Assembly (NCBI GenBank): GCA_003554445.1 | Contig: PWGJ01000086.1 | Location: 1 to 46,017 of the forward strand | Source: Candidatus Nealsonbacteria bacterium | GTDB taxonomy: Bacteria > Patescibacteriota > Minisyncoccia > Minisyncoccales > PWPS01 | Length of the DNA stretch: 46,017 bases | Reading direction: 5' to 3' | Part shown: piece after piece, positions 28,095-37,844 of the stretch | Layout of the letters: every line of letters begins with the position of its first letter | How positions within the stretch are numbered: position 1 is the stretch's first letter | Notes under the pieces: generated by a model | Told to the model about the DNA's origin: nothing | Databases searched by the model: none | The model's input: the letters and a program-made list of their open reading frames with translations, nothing else | Made by a program: the position numbers and the translations under genes

Positions 28095-29297
28095 CTATTT
28101 TTTAGTTATCTTTTTTACTTCCAATTGGAAATCATTTAAAGCATTGGCATAAGATATGAATGCTTCATACGGAGATTCATAAGGACTAAAATAGTTATGC
28201 ACGGTTCCGTCCTCAAGACCTTTGGTCGAGATATAATAAAAATGATCCGAAGTTTGAAGTCTGCGCCATTTTTCTATGAGCTCTTCATCATCGGTCTTTA
28301 AAACGTCTTCTTCCAAATCATATACCTTGCTCAACAAATCTCTTTGCATAGGGTTTCCCATCCAAGCTGATAGATCTCTTTCCTTGTCCGCCCAGGAGGT
28401 AAAATAAGGAACATCAAGCTCCGCAACCGACGAATATCTATCCGACGCTTCGGATAAAGTTAAAAAGTCATTATCGGGATGTTTTAATATCTCAGCCGGT
28501 AATGCTTCCAAAAAATCAAATATTCCCGTTGATTTCCACTGATGCTCCCCAAAAGTTTCATAATCCATAAAGAGGTTTATAACCTCCCCTGCCCCGTTTA
28601 TCGCAGAAACCCACTGTGCAAACTTGGGTGCCGTTAGCGGATGTTCTTTCCAATGCTTGGCAGAAAAACGAAATGCAATGTCATCGGATAATTTATAATT
28701 TTTAAGAAATAAATCTATATCCGATCCCAGGGGTCTATATAAAAAATTGGGGCTTCTCCATCCTAAAACCTTATCGGCTCCTTCAGCCAAAATTCCATCA
28801 TATCCCATCTGGTCAACTTTTTGAGCTAATTCATTACTGTAGAAAAGTTCCGTGCATCTGAATATCTTCGGCTCGTAATCAAAAAGTTCTTTAATCTTTT
28901 CCTCGTGCAATTTAACTTGTTTTTCAAACTCTTCTTTTGAGTAAAGAAAAGCAAGTGAGTGATAATAAGTTTCTGCCAATACTTCAACTTTTCCCGTATC
29001 AACCAGTTTTTGAAAAGATTTTAGCGTTTCCGGAGAGTAAAGCTCCATCTGCTCCAAAGCCACACCGGAAAAAGAAAAAGTTATTTTGAATTCAGGATAT
29101 TTCTTTAAGAGCTTTAGAAGTAATTTATTGGTCGGAAGGTATGACTTACGAGCCACCTTCTTCATTATCCTTTCATTATTCAGGTTATTTTCTCCTTTTT
29201 CATTAAAATAATTATGATCTTCACCTATATCAAAATATTGATACTTTTTTACTCTGAAAGGTTGATGTACCTGAAAATAAAAGCATGTTGAAGGCAT
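28095..29297 (-). CDS. Glycoside hydrolase family 57 (alpha-amylase-like)
   Basis: Motifs YFQVHQP, ETYYHSL, TEL, SDDIAFRF, FMDYETFGEHQW and LQTSDHFYY. Confidence 0.93.
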   Translation of the reverse strand: MPSTCFYFQVHQPFRVKKYQYFDIGEDHNYFNEKGENNLNNERIMKKVARKSYLPTNKLLLKLLKKYPEFKITFSFSGVALEQMELYSPETLKSFQKLVDTGKVEVLAETYYHSLAFLYSKEEFEKQVKLHEEKIKELFDYEPKIFRCTELFYSNELAQKVDQMGYDGILAEGADKVLGWRSPNFLYRPLGSDIDLFLKNYKLSDDIAFRFSAKHWKEHPLTAPKFAQWVSAINGAGEVINLFMDYETFGEHQWKSTGIFDFLEALPAEILKHPDNDFLTLSEASDRYSSVAELDVPYFTSWADKERDLSAWMGNPMQRDLLSKVYDLEEDVLKTDDEELIEKWRRLQTSDHFYYISTKGLEDGTVHNYFSPYESPYEAFISYANALNDFQLEVKKITKK

Positions 29298-29301
29298 TTT
29301 T

Positions 29302-30516
29302 CTAGTTTGTCAATGATTTATAAATTTCTAAACACTTATTCGCGGCCGGGTCCCATGTTATCTGATCCACTTCCTGTCTTCCTTTTTCAGTTAAACAATC
29401 AACTAACGGTCTATGATTTAAAAAGGTTAAAATTTTATTGGCCATGTCCCGAGTATCCCAAAAATCAACTTTTAAGGCGTGAGTTAAAACTTCGGAAACT
29501 CCCGATTGTTTTGAAACCAAAACGGGAGTGCCGTTAACCAGAGATTCAAGTGGTGTTAACCCAAAAGGTTCGGAGACCGAAGGCATAACAAAGAGATCAG
29601 CTGCTTTATATAAACCGTGTAATTCATCTCCGCGAATAAAGCCGGGAAATAAAACTCTATCCGTAATTCCAAGTTCCGCAGCTTGCCGCATAATTTGTCT
29701 GTCCATATCTCCGGATCCGGCAACTACAAAAATAATATCGTCACTACAATTGATTACCTCTCTTGCAGCTTCCAAAAAGTAATCGGGGCCTTTTTGTAAG
29801 GTTATCCTACCTACAAACAAGACTATCTTTTTTCCGGCCTTCTTTAACGACTCCAAAAGCTCCTTGCCTACCGGCTTTTCACTTAAGTCAACACCATTGT
29901 GAGCCACCTCAACTTTATCTTCCGGAATTCCGTACTTTTCAACAACGATACCTTTGGTGTAATGGCTAACCGCTATAACTTTGTCCGCCGCTTCCATTCC
30001 CTCTCTTTCCCTTTTATAAACTCTTTCATCTATATTCACTCCCCCTCCCCTGTCAAATTCCGTAGCGTGAACATGAGCAACAAGAGGTTTTTCGGTTATC
30101 TTCTTTGCTTCTACTCCGGCACCAAAAGAAAGCCAGTCGTGAGCATGAATCACGTCAAATTTTTCATATTTAGCCAATTTTTTAGCACATTCTCTGTATC
30201 TGGCGACTTCTTCGAAGAGATTTTCTCCGTATATGTCACTTTCTTCTCGCTTCAATACACTTTCATACTTTTCAGCCGTTATATACGGAGTCATCGGAGA
30301 CTCAAATTCAATTTCTTCAAAATTATAATTTACACTTGCCGAAAGCAATTTAAAACAGCTTCTACGCATCGATTCCTTTTTCCTGGGAACTACGAATTTT
30401 ATATCAACACCGTTTTCATTTAATTTTCTGGAAAGACCAAGGCAAGCAACACCTAAACCTCCACTGTTTTCAGGCGGAAGCTCCCACCCGAACATTAATA
30501 CTCGGATATTATTCAT
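29302..30516 (-). CDS. GT4 glycosyltransferase (glycogen synthase-like)
   Basis: Motifs LMFGWELPP..SGGLG, IHAHDWL, HVHATEFDR, GRITLQKGP and MPSVSEPFG. Confidence 0.92.
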   Translation of the reverse strand: MNNIRVLMFGWELPPENSGGLGVACLGLSRKLNENGVDIKFVVPRKKESMRRSCFKLLSASVNYNFEEIEFESPMTPYITAEKYESVLKREESDIYGENLFEEVARYRECAKKLAKYEKFDVIHAHDWLSFGAGVEAKKITEKPLVAHVHATEFDRGGGVNIDERVYKREREGMEAADKVIAVSHYTKGIVVEKYGIPEDKVEVAHNGVDLSEKPVGKELLESLKKAGKKIVLFVGRITLQKGPDYFLEAAREVINCSDDIIFVVAGSGDMDRQIMRQAAELGITDRVLFPGFIRGDELHGLYKAADLFVMPSVSEPFGLTPLESLVNGTPVLVSKQSGVSEVLTHALKVDFWDTRDMANKILTFLNHRPLVDCLTEKGRQEVDQITWDPAANKCLEIYKSLTN

Positions 30517-30541
30517 TTTCCTCCTTATTTAATAATATTTG

Positions 30542-31477
30542 TTAATTTATTGGCATTTTGAACCAAAAGGTTGAACCCTCTCCCTCCTCACTATCGAATC
30601 CGATTTCACCACCCAGCTTTTCAACTATTTCTTTTGTCAAGAAAAGCCCCAAACCGGACCCGGTTTCTTCAACCTGATCAACATTACTGGCTCTTTCAAA
30701 TTTAGCAAATACCTTTTTTTGCTCTTTTTTCGGGATGCCGATCCCGTTATCCTCAACTTCAAAAATGATATTTTTGTCTTTTTTTATTAATCTTACTTCT
30801 ATATGCCCTCCTTCGGGAGTATATTTTATCGCATTGGAAACAAAGTTATCCATTACTATTTCAAGCTGCGACTCGTCACTTTTTATCTCGGGAACATCCT
30901 CAAGATCTTTCTTTACCTCCACTCGCCCATCTTCATCCACCATATAATCTTCCAAAACTTCCTGCGCAAGATCCTTTAACGAAAAGCTTTCCATTTCAAA
31001 CTCGTGCCCTTCTTGATCCATTCGCGATACCAGAAGTAAATTATTGACCATCTCGGACATCTTTTCCACATTTGATTCTAAGCTTTGAAATAATTTCTTT
31101 TGCTCTTCATCGGTTTCAATCTCCTCTTGAATGCTTTGAAATCCCCATTTCATCGTAGTTAACGGAGACCGCAGTTGATGAACTACCAAATCGATAAAAT
31201 CGGACTTCATCCGGTTCGCTTCGGCCATCTTCTCAAAACCGCTGACCAAGGCATAACCCATAATGAAAAGGATCAGCGCCTCGCCCAAAATTATGACAAG
31301 GACTACCAGCGGATCTCCAAAAATTTGATCACCCATCGTATAGGTGATTAAAATTACCGCTATAATAACAAGACCCATCAGTAAAAACAAAAACTGTGGG
31401 CATTTATATAGAGGAACCCCATAATCCTCACATTGCTTCTTAATATTTAATTCCTCCAATATCTTTTTATCTGCCAT
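30542..31477 (-). CDS. Membrane-bound sensor histidine kinase
   Basis: Two TM helices; H box VHQLRSPLT, N box NFVSNAIKYT, G1 DNGIGIP, F box and G2 GSGLGL. Confidence 0.93.
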   Translation of the reverse strand: MADKKILEELNIKKQCEDYGVPLYKCPQFLFLLMGLVIIAVILITYTMGDQIFGDPLVVLVIILGEALILFIMGYALVSGFEKMAEANRMKSDFIDLVVHQLRSPLTTMKWGFQSIQEEIETDEEQKKLFQSLESNVEKMSEMVNNLLLVSRMDQEGHEFEMESFSLKDLAQEVLEDYMVDEDGRVEVKKDLEDVPEIKSDESQLEIVMDNFVSNAIKYTPEGGHIEVRLIKKDKNIIFEVEDNGIGIPKKEQKKVFAKFERASNVDQVEETGSGLGLFLTKEIVEKLGGEIGFDSEEGEGSTFWFKMPIN

Positions 31478-31704
31478 CTTTCTTTAATTGTTCTAAATTG
31501 AAAAGGTAATTATAATTATTGATATTGAAAAGCAGCAACTTTTCAAAAAATTCTTTTTTAAATCCAAAATTTTACACTACGGGATAATTAGACTTCTGTT
31601 TTTATTTTATCCAATTTTTAACTTTGTTTGTCAACACTTCCACTCCGTTAAATATCCTTTTTACGCTCATTAATCAATTATAACAACATTTAAAAAGAAA
31701 ACAA

Positions 31705-32910
31705 CTACCCTATCAAAAGATATACTTTATCGTTCTTTCTCACTCTTTTATCCACCTTCAATCCGACTTGATCACTTTTTTCAGCTTTTTCAATCTTTTC
31801 ACCATCAATCTCCATCGATATAATCTCTTGCTCAAGATAGGTGGTTTCTCCTTCCACAATAATTTTATCTCCTTTTTTTAATCCTCTGTGAATTAATTCA
31901 ATTATTGCAACACCCGAATCGTTGTAAAAATGATTCACCTTTCCGACTTGTAATCTTTTTGTGGTTCCCGCATTTCCGGAGAAAAAACTTATTCCTTCAG
32001 CTCCGGGTTCTCCAAAATAAAACCCGGTTGAAAAATTTCGGTTATAAACCTTTCTCAGTTCTTCTTTATATTTTTTTGCTTTTATTTTTGAAAAGTCTCC
32101 GGAAAAATAATCGTCTACCGCCTTTTTGTAGTATTTTGCAGTTTCACGAATGTATTTATTGCTTCTTTGTCTGCCTTCTATTTTAAAAGAATCTATTCCT
32201 GCCTCTATTAGCTCCGGAATATATTCAATCATGCAAATATCTTTTGGGCTCATATATTGCTTTCCATCGGTTTCCAAAATATTCCCTTTGTCATCACATA
32301 ACTTTAATTCTCTTCTGCAAATCTGATTACAAGAACCTCTGTTAGCCGAGGCGTTTTCATAAAATCCGGAAAGGATGCATCTACCCGATATCGCAAGACA
32401 CATTGCACCATGAACAAAGGATTCTATCTCCATATCCACTTTTCTTTTTACTTCTTTTATTTGATCAAGCGTCATTTCACGAGCCAGAATAACTCTCTTT
32501 GCTCCCATCTTTTTATAAAATTGAGCTGATTTCCAATTGGATATATTGGCTTGTGTAGAAATAAAAAAATCGACTCCCGTATTTTTGGCAATCTCAATTG
32601 TAGCCGGATCCCAAACTATTATGGCGTCAACATCACTCTCTTTAGCTGTTTTTATTACTCTTTTCGCTTTTTCAATATCATTATTATAAAGAGTTGAATT
32701 TACAGTTAAATAACCTAAAATACTTTTTTCATGACAAGCTTCCATAAAATCACCTAAATTATCCAAAGTGATTCCTTTTGAATTTGATCTTAGATTTAAT
32801 TCCGATACTCCAAAATAAACAGCATCTGCATATGGAGAAGCGGCTTCCAGGCCGGATCTGTTTTTTACCGGGCTCATCAATTCCGGCCTCTTTTTGCTAT
32901 TGGTTGTCAT
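31705..32910 (-). CDS. Peptidase U32 family protein (tRNA/rRNA hydroxylation, TrhP/RlhA-like)
   Basis: Motifs PELMSP, ADAVYFG, STQAN, LARE, FVHGAMCLAISGRC, NRGSCNQICR and SFKIEGR. Confidence 0.92.
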   Translation of the reverse strand: MTTNSKKRPELMSPVKNRSGLEAASPYADAVYFGVSELNLRSNSKGITLDNLGDFMEACHEKSILGYLTVNSTLYNNDIEKAKRVIKTAKESDVDAIIVWDPATIEIAKNTGVDFFISTQANISNWKSAQFYKKMGAKRVILAREMTLDQIKEVKRKVDMEIESFVHGAMCLAISGRCILSGFYENASANRGSCNQICRRELKLCDDKGNILETDGKQYMSPKDICMIEYIPELIEAGIDSFKIEGRQRSNKYIRETAKYYKKAVDDYFSGDFSKIKAKKYKEELRKVYNRNFSTGFYFGEPGAEGISFFSGNAGTTKRLQVGKVNHFYNDSGVAIIELIHRGLKKGDKIIVEGETTYLEQEIISMEIDGEKIEKAEKSDQVGLKVDKRVRKNDKVYLLIG

Positions 32911-33014
32911 AATACATTAATTTATTTATGTTTCCATTATAGCAAAAAAGATTCTTCTTGACATTTGTTATCCGCTCAAAAAATGTCATAATAATCATGA
33001 AAGGAGGAGTTAAA

Positions 33015-33458
33015 ATGAACATTAATAAAAAAAGGGAAGTTGCGATAGAAAAGCTCCTGGACTTTATGATATATATCAGTTGGGTTGAAAAATACGGCAG
33101 ATCATTAATAAAAGAAAACCAATTAAAGTTGAATATCGATATGATAGAAAAAGTAGCTCTTTTTTTGAATGAATTTATCTACACGATACATTTAAAAGGC
33201 AAGATATTGATGCCGATGGGGTATCTCTTTAAAAATGGAAGATGGTTGGAAGAGTCACGCTATTTTTATTTTACTTCAGTAGCAGAAGAAATAGGAGTAG
33301 TTGGATTAAAAATAAAAAATCCTCTCGACCTGAGTAAGTTACAGACTAAAAATAACTCAAAAAAGATATTGATCAAGTGGTTCAGCAAATTGCAAATTGA
33401 CCCATCATCAATTAAGAGTGATCTTCAGAATGCAAGAGATATTATTGGAAAAAAATAA
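33015..33458 (+). CDS. Hypothetical protein
   Basis: ATG 33015 preceded by SD AAAGGAGG and TGtCATAAT; ORF-track start 32958 is the TTG of a TTGACA box. Confidence 0.7.
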   Translation: MNINKKREVAIEKLLDFMIYISWVEKYGRSLIKENQLKLNIDMIEKVALFLNEFIYTIHLKGKILMPMGYLFKNGRWLEESRYFYFTSVAEEIGVVGLKIKNPLDLSKLQTKNNSKKILIKWFSKLQIDPSSIKSDLQNARDIIGKK

Positions 33459-33482
33459 GGAGAGAGTTAAAACTCTCTCCTT
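33457..33482. terminator. Hairpin between convergent genes, probable terminator
   Basis: AAGGAGAGAG-TTAAAA-CTCTCTCCTT. Confidence 0.7.
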
Positions 33483-33503
33483 CTAGTTTATCTGTCGATA
33501 TCT

Positions 33504-34544
33504 TTAACTTTGCTCGGTTTTAAAAAATATTACATCACCGTCTTTAACTTGATAATCTCTTCCCTTGTCTCTTACTGCTCCCTCTTTTTTAGCTCCCACC
33601 CAGCCTCCGTATCGAACAAAATCCTCATAAGATACGACTTCCGCTCGAATAAAATTATCTTGAAAGTCAGAATGAATGCGCCCACCGGCAACGGGAGCTT
33701 TCGTCCCTCTTTTTACGGTCCAAGCTCTGCTTTCCTTTTCTTCCGAAGTAAAAAAGGAAACTAAATCCAGTGCTTGGTAGCTTTCCCTTATCAATTTTTC
33801 AAGTCCTCTTTCTTTAATATTGTAAGACCTCAAGTAGTCTCTGGCTTCTTCCGGAGAAAAGTCAGCCAATTCACTTTCAATTTTAGCATTTATCTCTAAA
33901 AAATCTGAGTTCTCGCTCGGCTTATCAACGTTTTTTAAATAGATAATCGGCTTGTCGGTTAGAAAGTCGAGCTCCTTTATTGCTTCTCTTTCTTTTTCAG
34001 TTAGCTCCAGCTGACTTATCAACTTCTCTCCTTCCAAAAATTTTTTTATCTTTTTTAAAGTTTTTAGTTTAAATTCATTTTCCTTTGTTTCTCTTTCATC
34101 TTGGATTCTTTTGAGTGCTTTTTCAGTCATCTGTAAGTCCGCCATTATTAATTCGATATCAATAATATCCTTGTCTCTTTCAAGATCAATCGATCCTTCA
34201 ACATGCGCTATGTCGGGATCTTCAAAGTCCCTGAGAACCTGAACTACGGCATCCACCTTTCTTATATTGGAGAGAAATTTATTACCCAGTCCCTTTCCTT
34301 CATGTGCTCCTTTAACCAATCCGGCGATATCGACAAACTCTACCGTAGTATTAACTGCTCGATCCGATCCGGTTATCTCGGCTAATTTTTGGACTCTGTC
34401 GTCGGGAACTTTAACAGTACCGATATTGGGGTCGATAGTGCAAAACGGATAATTTTCCGCTTCCACTTGATTTTTAGTTATTGCTTCAAAAAGTGTTGAT
34501 TTACCGACATTGGGTAAACCCACTATCCCTATTTTGAATGACAT
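33504..34544 (-). CDS. ychF: Redox-regulated ATPase YchF
   Basis: Motifs GIVGLPNVGKST, NYPFCTIDPN, DIAGLV, GLGNKFL and a TGS domain (YQVKDGD). Confidence 0.97.
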   Translation of the reverse strand: MSFKIGIVGLPNVGKSTLFEAITKNQVEAENYPFCTIDPNIGTVKVPDDRVQKLAEITGSDRAVNTTVEFVDIAGLVKGAHEGKGLGNKFLSNIRKVDAVVQVLRDFEDPDIAHVEGSIDLERDKDIIDIELIMADLQMTEKALKRIQDERETKENEFKLKTLKKIKKFLEGEKLISQLELTEKEREAIKELDFLTDKPIIYLKNVDKPSENSDFLEINAKIESELADFSPEEARDYLRSYNIKERGLEKLIRESYQALDLVSFFTSEEKESRAWTVKRGTKAPVAGGRIHSDFQDNFIRAEVVSYEDFVRYGGWVGAKKEGAVRDKGRDYQVKDGDVIFFKTEQS

Positions 34545-34595
34545 GTTTTAGAAAATAAATGAAAAAATTACTGCTATACACAGTAAGGAAAAATG

Positions 34596-34666
34596 CTGCG
34601 GGACCAGGACTCGAACCTGGACTACTTGGACCAAAACCAAGCGTGCTACCATTACACCATCCCGCA
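34596..34666 (-). tRNA. tRNA-Gln (anticodon TTG), CCA not encoded
   Basis: Acceptor TGCGGGA/TCCCGCA, anticodon arm CTTGG-TTTTGGT-CCAAG, T arm CCAGG-TTCGAGT-CCTGG. Confidence 0.96.
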
Positions 34667-34774
34667 ATTTTTAAAACTTTCAATTGAACCGATTCGACTT
34701 CGTTCTTTACAATAGCAATATTTTGACTGAAATTCAAGGATGAGTCAAATTAAATCTTAAAAAGAACTAAACTG

Positions 34775-35884
34775 TTAAGCGGTAATATCAACTATCGCCA
34801 TCTCTATCGGAAGTTGTGGTATGGGGGAATAATCCATCCTCTTTCCCGCTTTCAAAAACGACTCCAGCATCTTGTTAATTTCGGTCAAATCAATTTTTTC
34901 AGATTGCTCTTTTAATTGTTTTATCTCTTTTTGAGTAAAACTAACCCGCAAACCGGCAATTACGGAGTTCTCATTATCGGTCAACTCGGCATCGATCAAA
35001 CTCATGGTCATCAATTGTCTTAAATATTCCAAAAGTGAGCCGTGAAACTCTTCCAAGTTAACCCCTTCTTTATACATCTTCTCAAGATATCTAATCGCTT
35101 TTAATCGCTTCTTTTCTATTAAAAGATCAACGAATTCAAACATGTATTGAGTTTCAACCAATCCCAGGAGGTCTCTTACATCTTCTTCATCCAGCTGGTC
35201 TTCAGTAAAAGTTAAAATTTGATCCAAAAGACTCTCGGCATCTCTGAAGGAACCACCTGAGGCAGTAGCTATTATTTCTAAAGATCGCTTGTCGGACTTT
35301 ACGCCTTCTTCTTTTAATATTTTTTCCAGCTTCCTTATTATCTCAGAAAGATTCAATTTTCTAAAATCAAATCGCTGACATCTGGAAATTATAGTCGATA
35401 TCATCTTTTGTGGTTCGGTGGTAGCCAAGATGAACATTGCATGATCCGGAGCCTCCTCCAAAGTTTTCAAAAGTGCATTAGCCGCTCCTTTTGTCAGTTG
35501 ATGACTTTCATCAATTATATATACCTTGTATTTCAATTTATTGGGAGAAAACTTAATACCTTCTCTTAACTGCCTTATTTCATCTATCCCTCTGTGAGAA
35601 GCGGCATCTATTTCAATTAAATCAACTGCGTTACCGGCAGTGATCGACTTGCATGATTCACACTTGTTGCACGGCTCCGCATCTTTTTTATCTTCACAAT
35701 TAACAGCCTTTGCTAAAATTCTGGCCATCGTCGTCTTTCCGGTTCCGCGTGGACCCGTAAAGAGATAAGCGTGAGAAATATTGTCGTTTTTAATCGCATT
35801 CCTTAGCGTCTTTACCACATGTGACTGCCCTATAATATCTGAAAAACTTTTCGGTCTATATTTTCTATATAAAACTTTAGACAT
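34775..35884 (-). CDS. dnaX: DNA polymerase III subunit gamma/tau (short form)
   Basis: Motifs LYRKYRP, GPRGTGKTT, zinc cysteines, EIDAAS, IIDESH, NALLKTLEE and SRCQ. Confidence 0.96.
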   Translation of the reverse strand: MSKVLYRKYRPKSFSDIIGQSHVVKTLRNAIKNDNISHAYLFTGPRGTGKTTMARILAKAVNCEDKKDAEPCNKCESCKSITAGNAVDLIEIDAASHRGIDEIRQLREGIKFSPNKLKYKVYIIDESHQLTKGAANALLKTLEEAPDHAMFILATTEPQKMISTIISRCQRFDFRKLNLSEIIRKLEKILKEEGVKSDKRSLEIIATASGGSFRDAESLLDQILTFTEDQLDEEDVRDLLGLVETQYMFEFVDLLIEKKRLKAIRYLEKMYKEGVNLEEFHGSLLEYLRQLMTMSLIDAELTDNENSVIAGLRVSFTQKEIKQLKEQSEKIDLTEINKMLESFLKAGKRMDYSPIPQLPIEMAIVDITA

Positions 35885-36422
35885 TTTTTTTATTTAATTT
35901 TAATAAATAATAGAGGAACATTCCCAATACCATGAATCCGATAACTACCTGAATTCCTCCTATCGATTCTAAAACATTTCCGTATATCAAAAGCGCAATA
36001 ACTATCAAACCGGCAACGAGAACTCCGCCAAAAATCGTAATAAAAGATTTTTTATAATCAAGGCCGAAAAGATAAGCAACCAAAGAAGCTGTCCATGCAC
36101 CACTTATCGGAAGCGGTATGGCCGTAAATCCGGCTAACGCTAAAAACCCCCACTTTTCAATCTTTTTTTCATTCTCTTTTTTGGTTTTTTCGAAAAGAAA
36201 ATCTATCGCTTCATTTAGATGAACGGATAATTCTCTTAAAAAATTAATGACCGGATCCAGAAATAAAAATATCAAAACAACCGGAACCATGTTGCCGACT
36301 ACGGAAAAAAAGTAAGCCGACACCCAACCCATCTGGCGTATCTCTACAGCGAAAGGAATGGAAGCTCTAAGCTCTCCTATCGGTGTCATCGCTATTATAA
36401 AAGTCTCTAATTCAACAGGCAT
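35877..36422 (-). CDS. Putative small multidrug export family membrane protein (COG2426-like)
   Basis: Motifs PIGELRASIP, GNMVPV and FTAIPLPISGAWTASL. Confidence 0.85.
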   Translation of the reverse strand: MPVELETFIIAMTPIGELRASIPFAVEIRQMGWVSAYFFSVVGNMVPVVLIFLFLDPVINFLRELSVHLNEAIDFLFEKTKKENEKKIEKWGFLALAGFTAIPLPISGAWTASLVAYLFGLDYKKSFITIFGGVLVAGLIVIALLIYGNVLESIGGIQVVIGFMVLGMFLYYLLKLNKKNV

Positions 36423-36488
36423 ATCATATTAATTCTACTATAAATCGACATGGAATCAAAATTATTTTTATGTTAAGATTATTACAGC

Positions 36489-37841
36489 ATGATTGAATTT
36501 TACAATAGTAAAACAAGACAAAAAGAAAAGTTTCAACCTCTTAAAAAAGAGGTTGGATTATATACTTGTGGGCCCACCGTTTATGATTATGCTCATATAG
36601 GAAATTTAAAAGCCTATATCTTTGAAGATGTCTTAAAGAGAGTTTTGCAGGATAACGGATACAAGGTAAAACATGTAATGAATATTACCGATGTAGGTCA
36701 TCTGGTATCGGATGACGATACGGGTGAAGATAAGGTGGAAAAAAAGGCGAAGGAAAAATCGATGGATGCCTGGGAACTAACCCGCCTTTACACCGAAGAA
36801 TTCAAAAAGGATATTAAAAAACTAAATATAAAGGATCCGGACATATTCGTAAAGGCGACAGAAACGATAAAAGAACAGATCAAACTGATAAAAACTTTGG
36901 AAGAAAAGGGATTTACTTATGAGATTGAAGACGGAATCTATTTTGATACCTCTAAGCTGGATAATTACGGCAAGATGGCAAATCTTGATCAACGAGAAGC
37001 CGGAAAAAGAATAGAGATGAAAGATAAAAAAAATCCGACTGACTTCGCTTTATGGAAGTTCTCTCGACCCGGTGAAAACAGGCAGATGGAGTGGGATTCT
37101 CCTTGGGGGGTCGGTTTCCCGGGATGGCATACCGAATGTGTAGTTATGGCTGAGAAAAACCTTGGAATTCCTTTTGATATACACTGCGGAGGAATAGATC
37201 ACGTAGAAATTCATCATCCTAATGAAATTGCTCAATCGAAAGCCGCCTTCGGGAAGAATCCGGCTAACTTTTGGATGCACAGTGAGTTCTTAACCGTGGA
37301 AGGAGAGAAGATGTCAAAATCAAAAGGCAATTTTTACACGCTTAAAGATATAATTAAAAATTACACTCCTCTAGCCTACAGATATCTTATACTTAATTCT
37401 CATTACAGATCAAAGGTCAACTTCTCCACCGAGGCAATGAGTGGAGCGGAAAACTCCTTGAAAAAAATGAAAGAGAGAGTTATTAATCTCGGAAACGAAA
37501 AAGGAGACCCTTCCTCGAAGTACAAAGATAAATTCCTAAAAGCTGTAAATAACGACTTAAATACTCCTCAAGCATTGAAAGTTACTTGGAATCTCCTTAA
37601 AGACAAAGATCTAAATGATAGTGTAAAGCTGGCCACCGTTATCGATTTCGATAAGGTTTTAGGTCTTGACCTAAATAAAGAGGTAGAGATTCCCAAAAAA
37701 GTAAAAGAGCTCGCCGAGAAAAGGGAGGAATATAGAGAAGATAAAAAATACGAAAAGGCGGACAATCTAAGAAGCAAAATAAATGACCTCGGTTATGATA
37801 TTGAAGATGTGAAAGACGGTTATAAGTTAAAAAAAATATAA
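36489..37841 (+). CDS. cysS: Cysteine--tRNA ligase
   Basis: Motifs CGPTVY..HIGN, DFALWK, GFPGWHTEC, DIHCGGID, HHPNE and KMSKS. Confidence 0.98.
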   Translation: MIEFYNSKTRQKEKFQPLKKEVGLYTCGPTVYDYAHIGNLKAYIFEDVLKRVLQDNGYKVKHVMNITDVGHLVSDDDTGEDKVEKKAKEKSMDAWELTRLYTEEFKKDIKKLNIKDPDIFVKATETIKEQIKLIKTLEEKGFTYEIEDGIYFDTSKLDNYGKMANLDQREAGKRIEMKDKKNPTDFALWKFSRPGENRQMEWDSPWGVGFPGWHTECVVMAEKNLGIPFDIHCGGIDHVEIHHPNEIAQSKAAFGKNPANFWMHSEFLTVEGEKMSKSKGNFYTLKDIIKNYTPLAYRYLILNSHYRSKVNFSTEAMSGAENSLKKMKERVINLGNEKGDPSSKYKDKFLKAVNNDLNTPQALKVTWNLLKDKDLNDSVKLATVIDFDKVLGLDLNKEVEIPKKVKELAEKREEYREDKKYEKADNLRSKINDLGYDIEDVKDGYKLKKI

Positions 37842-37844
37842 AAA

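Noticed and set aside
32958..33014. N-terminal extension of the 166-aa ORF
   Set aside because: The region contains promoter boxes and the SD; ATG 33015 is the better start.
34501..34737. 78-aa ORF upstream of ychF
   Set aside because: It overlaps tRNA-Gln; the 'GWCNGSTLGFGPSSPGSSP' text is translated tRNA.
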